A DNA stretch of 64,000 nt from Balanoglossus misakiensis (Eukaryota; Animalia; Hemichordata), in NCBI GenBank assembly GCA_040954595.2, contig CM082591.2, positions 10,619,309 through 10,683,308 on the forward strand, written 5' to 3'. The translations under genes were made by a program, and so were the position numbers. Under the pieces are notes generated by a model. That model made no database searches. It saw only the letters and a program-made list of their open reading frames with translations, and was not told the DNA's origin. The first letter of the stretch is position 1, and each line of letters begins with the position of its first letter. This document shows positions 54,628-64,000 of this stretch, piece by piece.

Positions 54628-54729
54628 CGTTTTTATCCATTTTTTATCCATTTTTAACCATTGTCTATTTTTTTTTATGATACATTTTTAGCATTTTACT
54701 TGTCTTTGTATTTTTAAGCAGCGATGTAC

Positions 54730-54764
54730 AGCGCTTTGGGATGTCTTTTTACATGGAAAGCGTT
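54730..54764 (+). other. LINE 3'UTR stem-loop, family B copy 2
   Basis: Same AGCGCTTT...AAAGCGTT hairpin as 34142-34176. Confidence 0.7.
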
Positions 54765-57700
54765 TTTTAAGAATTAAATATTATTATTATTATTATTAAC
54801 TTTAGAACTATCCGTCGTTCTACAGAGTCTAGAGGAAAACTTTCTTATCCTCATAGGCCTATCATGTGTTCTGCGCATCACAACAGAATTTTGTAAACAA
54901 ACGAGGCTGTGTTTGAAAGCAACCATGCGCATAGGCCTATCATGTGTTCTGCGCATCACAACAGAATTCGGTAAATAAACGAGGGTGTGTTTGGAAGCAA
55001 CCATGGAAACTTTAGAACTATCCGTCGATCGACAGAGTCTAGTGGAAAACTTTCTTATGCGCATAGACCTATCATGTGTTCTGCGCATCACAACAGAATT
55101 TTGTAAACAAACGAGGCTGTGTTTGGAAGCAACCATGGAAACTTTAGAACTATCCGTCGATCGACAGAGTCTAGTGGAAAACTTTCTTATGCGCATAGAC
55201 CTATCATGTGTTCTGCGCATCACAACAGAATTGTGTAAACAAACGAGGCTGTGTTTGGAAGCAACCATGGAAACTTTACAACTATCCGTCGTTCTACAGA
55301 GTCTAGAGGAAAACTTTCTGATCCTCATAGGCCTATCATGTGTTCTGCGCATCACAACAGAATTTTGTAAACAAACGAGGCTGTGTTTGGAAGCAACCAT
55401 GCGCATAGACCTATCATGTGTTCTGCGCATCACAACAGAATTTTGTAAACAAACGAGGCTGTGTTTGGAAGCAACCATGGAAACTTTAGAACTATCCGTC
55501 ATTCTGCAGAGTCTACAGGAAAACTTTCTTATCCTCAAAGGCCTATCATATGTTCTGCGCATCACAAAAGAATTTTGTAAACAAACGAGGCTGTGTTTGG
55601 AAGCAACCATGGAAACTTTAGAAGTATCCGTCGATCTACAGAGTCTAGTGGAAAACTTTCTTATCCTCATAGACCTATCATGTGTTCTGCGCATCACAAC
55701 AGAATTTTGTAAACTAACGAGGCTGTGTTTGGAAGCAACCATGGAAACTTTAGAACTATCCGTCGATCTACAGAGTCTATTGGAAAACTTTCTTATCCTC
55801 ATAGACCTATCATGTGTTCTGCGCATCACAACAGAATTTTGTAAACAGACGAGGCTGTGTTTGGAAGCAACCATGGAAATTTTAGAACTATCCGTCGATC
55901 TACAGAATCTAGTGGAAAACTTTCTTATGTGCATAGGTCTATCATGTGTTCTGCGCATCACAACATAATTTTTTAAACAATCGAGGCTGTGTTTGGAAGC
56001 AACAATGGAAACTTTAGAACTATCCGTCATTCTGCAGAGTCTACAGGAAAACTTTCTTATCCTCAGGCCTATCATGTGTTCTGCGCATCACAAAAGAATT
56101 TCGTAAACAAACGAGGCTGTGTTTGGAAGCAACCATGGAAACTTTAGAACTATCCGTCAATCTACAGAGTCTAGTGAAAAACTTTCTTATGCGCATAGGC
56201 CTATCATGTGTTCTGCGCATCACAACAGAATTCGGTAAATAAACGAGGGTGTGTTTGGAAGCAACCATGGAAACTTTAGAACTATCCGTCGATCGACAGA
56301 GTCTAGTGGAAAACTTTCTTATGCGCATAGACCTATCATGTGTTCTGCGCATCACAACAGAATTTTGTAAACAAACGAGGCTGTGTTTGGACGCAACCAT
56401 GGAAACTTTAGAACTATCCGTCGATCGACAGAGTCTAGTGGAAAACTTTCTTATGCGCATAGACCTATCATGTGTTCTGCGCATCACAACAGAATTTTGT
56501 AAACAAACGAGGCTGTGTTTGGAAGCAACCATGGAAACTTTAGAACTATCCGTCGATCTACAGAGTCTAGTGGAAAACTTTCTTATGCGCATAGACCTAT
56601 CATGTGTTCTGCGCATCACAACAGAATTTTGTAAACAAACGAGGCTGTGTTTGGAGGCAACCATGGAAACTTTAGAACTGTCCGTCGATCTACAGAGTCT
56701 AGTGGAAAACTTTCTTATGCGCATAGACCTATCATGTGTTCTGCGCATAACAACAGAATTTTGTAAACAAACGAGGCTGTGTTTGGAAGCAACCATGAAA
56801 ACTTTAGAACTATCCGTCGATCGACAGAGTCTGGTGGAAAACTTTCTTATGCGCATAGACCTATCATGTGTTCTGCGCATCACAACAGAATTTTGTAAAC
56901 AAACGAGACTGTGTTTGGAAGCAACCATGGAAACCTTAGAACTATCCGTCGATGGACAGAGTCTAGTGGAAAACTTTCTTATGCGCATAGACCTATCATG
57001 TGTTCTGCGCATCACAACAGAATTTTGTAAACAAACGAGGCTGTGTTTGGAGGCAACCATGGAAACTTTAGAACTATCCGTCGATCTACAGAGTCTAGTG
57101 GAAAACTTTCTTATGCGCATAGACCTATCATGTGTTCTGCGAATCACAACAGAATTTTGTAAACAAACGAGGCTGTGTTTGGAAGCAACCATGGAAACTT
57201 TAGAACTATATGTCGTTCTACAGAGTCTAGAGGAAAACTTTCTTATCCTCATAGGCCTATCATGTGTTCTGCGCATCACAACAGAATTTTGTAAACAAAC
57301 GAGGCTGTGTTTGGAAGCAACCATGCGCATAGACCTATCATGTGTTCTGCGCATAACAACAGAATTTTGTAAACAAACGAGGCTGTGTTTGGAAGCAACC
57401 ATGGAAACTTTAGAACTATCCGTCGTTCTGCAGAGTCTACAGGAAAACTTTCTTATCCTCATAGGCCTATCATGTGTTCTGCGCATCACAACAGAATTTT
57501 GTAAACAAACGAGGCTGTGTTTGGAAGCAACCATGGAAACTTTAGAACTATCCGTCGTTCTACAGAGTCTAGAGGAAAACTTTCTTATCCTCATAGGCCT
57601 ATCATGTGTTCTGCGCATCACAACAGAATTTTGTAAACAAACGAGGCTGTGTTTGGAAGCAACCATGCGCATAGGCCTATCATGTGTTCTGCGCATCACA

Positions 57701-60700
57701 ACAGAATTTTGTAAACAAACGAGGCTGTGTTTGGAAGCAACCATGAACACTTTAGAACTATCCGTCGATCTACAGAGTCTAGTGGAAAACTTTCTTATGC
57801 GCATAGACCTATCATGTGTTCTGCGCATCACAACAGAATTTTGTAAACAAACGAGGCTGTGTTTGGAAGCAACCATGAAAACTTTAGAACTATCCGTCGA
57901 TCGACAGAGTCTGGTGGAAAACTTTCTTATGCGCATAGACCTATCATGTGTTCTGCGCATCACAACAGAATTTTGTAAACAAACGAGACTGTGTTTGGAA
58001 GCAACCATGGAAACTTTAGAACTATCCGTCGATGGACAGAGTCTAGTGGAAAACTTTCTTATGCGCATAGACCTATCATGTGTTCTGCGCATCACAACAG
58101 AATTTTGTAAACAAACGAGGCTGTGTTTGGAGGCAACCATGAAAACTTTAGAACTATCCGTCGATCTACAGAGTCTAGTGGAAAACTTTCTTATGCGCAT
58201 AGACCTATCATGTGTTATGCGAATCACAACAGAATTTTGTAAACAAACGAGGCTGTGTTTGGAAGCAACCATGGAAACTTTAGAACTATACGTCGTTCTA
58301 CAGAGTCTAGAGGAAAACTTTCTTATCCTCATAGGCCTATCATGTGTTCTGCGCATCACAACAGAATTTTGTAAACAAACGAGGCTGTGTTTGGAAGCAA
58401 CCATGCGCATAGACCTATCATGTGTTCTGCGCATAACAACAGAATTTTGTAAACAAACGAGGCTGTGTTTGGAAGCAACCATGGAAACTTTAGAACTATC
58501 CGTCGTTCTGCAGAGTCTACAGGAAAACTTTCTTATCCTCATAGGCCTATCATGTGTTCTGCGCATCACAACAGAATTTTGTAAACAAACGAGGCTGTGT
58601 TTGGAAGCAACCATGGAAACTTTAGAACTATCCGTCGTTCTACAGAGTCTAGAGGAAAACTTTCTTATCCTCATAGGCCTATCATGTGTTCTGCGCATCA
58701 CAACAGAATTTTGTAAACAAACGAGGCTGTGTTTGGAAGCAACCATGCGCATAGGCCTATCATGTGTTCTGCGCATCACAACAGAATTCGGTAAATAAAC
58801 GAGGGTGTGTTTGGAAGCAACCATGGAAACTTTAGAACTATCCGTCGATCGACAGAGTCTAGTGGAAAACTTTCTTATGCGCATAGACCTATCATGTGTT
58901 CTGCGCATCACAACAGAATTTTGTAAACAAACGAGGCTGTGTTTGGAAGCAACCATGGAAACTTTAGAACTATCCGTCGATCGACAGAGTCTAGTGGAAA
59001 ACTTTCTTATGCGCATAGACCTATCATGTGTTCTGCGCATCACAACAGAATTGTGTAAACAAACGAGGCTGTGTTTGGAAGCAACCATGGAAACTTTACA
59101 ACTATCCGTCGTTCTACAGAGTCTAGAGGAAAACTTTCTGATCCTCATAGGCCTATCATGTGTTCTGCGCATCACAACAGAATTTTGTAAACAAACGAGG
59201 CTGTGTTTGGAAGCAACCATGCGCATAGACCTATCATGTGTTCTGCGCATCACAACAGAATTTTGTAAACAAACGAGGCTGTGTTTGGAAGCAACCATGG
59301 AAACTTTAGAACTATCCGTCATTCTGCAGAGTCTACAGGAAAACTTTCTTATCCTCATAGGCCTATCATGTGTTCTGCGCATCACAAAAGAATTTTGTAA
59401 ACAAACGAGGCTGTGTTTGGAAGCAACCATGGAAACTTTAGAACTATCCGTCGATCTACAGAGTCTAGTGGAAAACTTTCTTATCCTCATAGACCTATCA
59501 TGTGTTCTGCGCATCACAACAGAATTTTGTAAACTAACGAGGCTGTGTTTGGAAGCAACCATGGAAACTTTAGAACTATCCGTCGATCTACAGAGTCTAT
59601 TGGAAAACTTTCTTATCCTCATAGACCTATCATGTGTTCTGCGCATCACAACAGAATTTTGTAAACAGACGAGGCTGTGTTTGGAAGCAACCATGGAAAT
59701 TTGAGAACTATCCGTCGATCTACAGAGTCTAGTGGAAAACTTTCTTATGCTCATAGACCTATCATGTGTTCTGCGCATCACAACAGAATTTTGTAAACAA
59801 ACGAGGCTGTTTTTGGAAGCAACCATGGAAACTTTAGAACTATCCGTCGATCTACAGAGTCTATTGGAAAACTTTCTTATCCTCATAGACCTATCATGTG
59901 TTCTGCGCATCACAACAGAATTTTGTAAACAGACGAGGCTGTGTTTGGAAGCAACCATGGAAATTTTAGAACTATCCGTCGATCTACAGAGTCTAGTGGA
60001 AAACTTTCTTATGTGCATAGGTCTATCATGTGTTCTGCGCATCACAACATAATTTTTTAAACAATCGAGGCTGTGTTTGGAAGCAACAATGGAAACTTTA
60101 GAACTATCCGTCATTCTGCAGAGTCTACAGGAAAACTTTCTTATCCTCATAGGCCTATCATGTGTTCTGCGCATCACAAAAGAATTTTGTAAACAAACGA
60201 GGCTGTGTTTGGAAGCAACCATGGAAACTTTAGAACTATCCGTCGATCTACAGAGTCTAGTGAAAAACTTTCTTATGCGCATAGGCCTATCATGTGTTCT
60301 GCGCATCACAACAGAATTCGGTAAATAAACGAGGGTGTGTTTGGAAGCAACCATGGAAACTTTAGAACTATCCGTCGATCGACAGAGTCTAGTGGAAAAC
60401 TTTCTTATGCGCATAGACCTATCATGTGTTCTGCGCATCACAACAGAATTTTGTAAACAAACGAGGCTGTGTTTGGACGCAACCATGGAAACTTTAGAAC
60501 TATCCGTCGATCGACAGAGTCTAGTGGAAAACTTTCTTATGCGCATAGACCTATCATGTGTTCTGCGCATCACAACAGAATTTTGTAAACAAACGAGGCT
60601 GTGTTTGGAAGCAACCATGGAAACTTTACAACTATCCGTCGTTCTACAGAGTCTAGAGGAAAACTTTCTTATCCTCATAGGCCTATCATGTGTTCTGCGC

Positions 60701-63700
60701 ATCACAACAGAATTTTGTAAACAAACGAGGCTGTGTTTGGAAGCAACCATGCGCATAGACCTATCATGTGTTCTGCGCATCACAACAGAATTTTGTAAAC
60801 AAACGAGGCTGTGTTTGGAAGCAACCATGGAAACTTTAGAACTATCCGTCGATCTACAGAGTCTAGTGGAAAACTTTCTTATGCGCATAGACCTATCATG
60901 TGTTCTGCGCATCACAACAGAATTTTGTAAACAAACGAGGCTGTGTTTGGAAGCAACCATGGAAACTTTTGAACTATCCGTCGATCTACAGAGTCTAGTG
61001 GAAAACTTTCTTATGCGCATAGACCTATCATGTGTTCTGCGCATCACAACAGAATTTTATAAACAAACGAGGCTGTGTTTGGAAGCAACCATGGAAACTT
61101 TAGAACTATCCGTCGATCTACAGAGTCCAGTGGAAAACTTTGTTATCCTCATAGGCCTATCATGTGTTCTGCGCATCACAACAGAATTTTGTAAACAAAC
61201 GAGGCTGTGTTTGGAAGCAACCATGCGCATAGACCTATCATGTGTTCTGCGCATCACAACAGAATTTTGTAAACAAACGAGGCTGTGTTTGGAAGCAACC
61301 ATGGAAACTTTAGAACTATCCGTCATTCTGCAGAGTCTACAGGAAAACTTTCTTATCCTCATAGGCCTATCATGTGTTCTGCGCATCACAAAAGAATTTT
61401 GTAAACAAACGAGGCTGTGTTTGGAAGCAACCATGGAAACTTTAGAACTATCCGTCGATCTACAGAGTCTAGTGGAAAACTTTCTTATCCTCATAGACCT
61501 ATCATGTGTTCTGCGCATCACAACAGAATTTTGTAAACTAACGAGGCTGTGTTTGGAAGCAACCATGGAAACTTTAGAACTATCCGTCGATCTACAGAGT
61601 CTATTGGAAAACTTTCTTATCCTCATAGACCTATCATGTGTTCTGCGCATCACAACAGAATTTTGTAAACAAACGAGGCTGTGTTTGGACGCAACCATGG
61701 AAACTTTAGAACTATCCGTCGATCGACAGAGTCTAGTGGAAAACTTTCTTATGCGCATAGACCTATCATGTGTTCTGCGCATCACAACAGAATTTTGTAA
61801 ACAAACGAGGCTGTGTTTGGAAGCAACCATGGAAACTTTACAACTATCCGTCGTTCTACAGAGTCTAGAGGAAAACTTTCTTATCCTCATAGGCCTATCA
61901 TGTGTTCTGCGCATCACAACAGAATTTTGTAAACAAACGAGGCTGTGTTTGGAAGCAACCATGCGCATAGACCTATCATGTGTTCTGCGCATCACAACAG
62001 AATTTTGTAAACAAACGAGGCTGTGTTTGGAAGCAACCATGGAAACTTTAGAACTATCCGTCGATCTACAGAGTCTAGTGGAAAACTTTCTTATGCGCAT
62101 AGACCTATCATGTGTTCTGCGCATCACAACAGAATTTTGTAAACAAACGAGGCTGTGTTTGGAAGCAACCATGGAAACTTTTGAACTATCCGTCGATCTA
62201 CAGAGTCTAGTGGAAAACTTTCTTATGCGCATAGACCTATCATGTGTTCTGCGCATCACAACAGAATTTTATAAACAAACGAGGCTGTGTTTGGAAGCAA
62301 CCATGGAAACTTTAGAACTATCCGTCGATCTACAGAGTCCAGTGGAAAACTTTGTTATCCTCATAGGCCTATCATGTGTTCTGCGCATCACAACAGAATT
62401 TTGTAAACAAACGAGGCTGTGTTTGGAAGCAACCATGCGCATAGACCTATCATGTGTTCTGCGCATCACAACAGAATTTTGTAAACAAACGAGGCTGTGT
62501 TTGGAAGCAACCATGGAAACTTTAGAACTATCCGTCATTCTGCAGAGTCTACAGGAAAACTTTCTTATCCTCATAGGCCTATCATGTGTTCTGCGCATCA
62601 CAAAAGAATTTTGTAAACAAACGAGGCTGTGTTTGGAAGCAACCATGGAAACTTTAGAACTATCCGTCGATCTACAGAGTCTAGTGGAAAACTTTCTTAT
62701 CCTCATAGACCTATCATGTGTTCTGCGCATCACAACAGAATTTTGTAAACTAACGAGGCTGTGTTTGGAAGCAACCATGGAAACTTTAGAACTATCCGTC
62801 GATCTACAGAGTCTATTGGAAAACTTTCTTATCCTCATAGACCTATCATGTGTTCTGCGCATCACAACAGAATTTTGTAAACAGACGAGGCTGTGTTTGG
62901 AAGCAACCATGGAAATTTTAGAACTATCCGTCGATCTACAGAGTCTAGTGGAAAACTTTCTTATGCGCATAGACCTATCATGTGTTCTGCGCATCACAAC
63001 AGAATTTTGTAAACAAACGAGGCTGTTTTTGGAAGCAACCATGGAAACTTTAGAACTATCCGTCGATCTACAGAGTCTATTGGAAAACTTTCTTATCCTC
63101 ATAGACCTATCATGTGTTCTGCGCATCACAACAGAATTTTGTAAACAGACGAGGCTGTGTTTGGAAGCAACCATGGAAATTTTAGAACTATCCGTCGATC
63201 TACAGAGTCTAGTGGAAAACTTTCTTATGTGCATAGGTCTATCATGTGTTCTGCGCATCACAACATAATTTTTTAAACAATCGAGGCTGTGTTTGGAAGC
63301 AACAATGGAAACTTTAGAACTATCCGTCATTCTGCAGAGTCTACAGGAAAACTTTCTTATCCTCATAGGCCTATCATGTGTTCTGCGCATCACAAAAGAA
63401 TTTTGTAAACAAACGAGGCTGTGTTTGGAAGCAACCATGGAAACTTTAGAACTATCCGTCGATCTACAGAGTCTAGTGAAAAACTTTCTTATGCGCATAG
63501 GCCTATCATGTGTTCTGCGCATCACAACAGAATTCGGTAAATAAACGAGGGTGTGTTTGGAAGCAACCATGGAAACTTTAGAACTATCCGTCGATCGACA
63601 GAGTCTAGTGGAAAACTTTCTGATGCGCATAGACCTATCATGTGTTCTGCGCATCACAACAGAATTTTGTAAACAAACGAGGCTGTGTTTGGACGCAACC

Positions 63701-64000
63701 ATGGAAACTTTAGAACTATCCGTCGATCGACAGAGTCTAGTGGAAAACTTTCTTATGCGCATAGACCTATCATGTGTTCTGCGCATCACAACAGAATTTT
63801 GTAAACAAACGAGGCTGTGTTTGGAAGCAACCATGGAAACTTTACAACTATCCGTCGTTCTACAGAGTCTAGAGGAAAACTTTCTTATCCTCATAGGCCT
63901 ATCATGTGTTCTGCGCATCACAACAGAATTTTGTAAACAAACGAGGCTGTGTTTGGAAGCAACCATGCGCATAGACCTATCATGTGTTCTGCGCATCACA

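Larger units (their letters stand above)
53719..54797 (+). mobile_element. 5'-truncated L2/CR1-group retrotransposon, family B, copy 2 (duplicate of 33131-34209)
   Basis: It has the same truncation point, same (ATT)6 tail, same TSD AACTT (53714-53718 and 54798-54802) and identical translations in the ORF track. The offset from copy 1 is 20588 bp. Confidence 0.96.
52100..61220. repeat. Intra-array segmental duplicate of ~31400-43130, including the family B LINE
   Basis: Rare variants are shared on both sides of the LINE, including the 2-bp deletion ATCCTCAGGC at 35471/56059. The offset steps from 20720 to 20588 and ends at 18086. Boundaries are approximate. Confidence 0.88.
1..64000. repeat. 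132-bp tandem satellite DNA array (family not recognised; possibly centromeric or pericentromeric), running off both window ends
   Basis: The monomer recurs head-to-tail every 132 bp (ATGGAA at 66, 198, 330, 462...) with only a few substitutions per unit. It is interrupted only by three LINE fragments and a few 1-2 bp deletions. The centromeric assignment is inference only. Confidence 0.98.
15867..64000. repeat. Right satellite domain: mixed 132-bp and 78-bp monomers in nested HORs
   Basis: The 78-bp unit (ACCATGCGCATAG junction) first appears at 17437-17514 and recurs to the window end. Diagnostic variants include GTCGATCGAC, GATGGAC, GAATTCGGTAAATAAACGAGGG and GTCATTCTGCAG. Confidence 0.9.

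Noticed and set aside
53719-54797. Independent site-specific second insertion of LINE B
   Set aside because: The identical 5' truncation point, tail length and kilobases of shared flanking variants indicate segmental duplication.
33131-54797. The two 1079-bp direct repeats as LTRs of one large element
   Set aside because: They are RT-coding LINE 3' ends, each with its own TSD, without TG...CA termini, and only satellite lies between them.
53-63999. Dozens of repetitive ORFs (METLELSVDLQ... on +, MVASKHSLV... on -) as protein-coding genes
   Set aside because: They follow from a stop-free 44-codon monomer. ORF ends are set by sporadic nonsense variants and indels that are duplicated with HORs. 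There are no unique termini, recognisable domain or synonymous bias.
1-64000. CRISPR array or other repeat-spacer system
   Set aside because: There are no unique spacers, the whole unit is repeated, and no cas-like genes are present.

Overview
This window is eukaryotic (probably metazoan) satellite DNA, not a gene region. About 96% of it is one head-to-tail tandem array of a 132-bp monomer, consensus ATGGAAACTTTAGAACTATCCGTCGATCTACAGAGTCTAGTGGAAAACTTTCTTAT[GCG/CCT]CATAG[A/G]CCTATCATGTGTTCTGCGCATCACAACAGAATTTTGTAAACAAACGAGGCTGTGTTTGGAAGCAACC. I estimate roughly 480-500 units, all in one orientation. Three 5'-truncated L2/CR1-group non-LTR retrotransposon copies interrupt the array. One is a 342-bp copy at 15525-15866 with an (ATTG)4 tail and target-site duplication (TSD) ACTAT. 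The other two are apparently identical 1079-bp copies of a different family at 33131-34209 and 53719-54797, with an (ATT)6 tail and TSD AACTT; these are one insertion carried along in a large intra-array duplication. The first LINE sits at a boundary. To its left are only 132-mers; to its right, 132-mers are mixed with a 78-bp deletion monomer in nested higher-order repeats (HORs) whose periods fit 132a+78b. The many long ORFs on both strands arise because the monomer is 44 codons and stop-free in two frames, and they are not called as genes. I cannot name the satellite family or species. I find no convincing new protein-coding system; the notable signals concern array architecture, palindrome-creating variants and LINE insertion sites.
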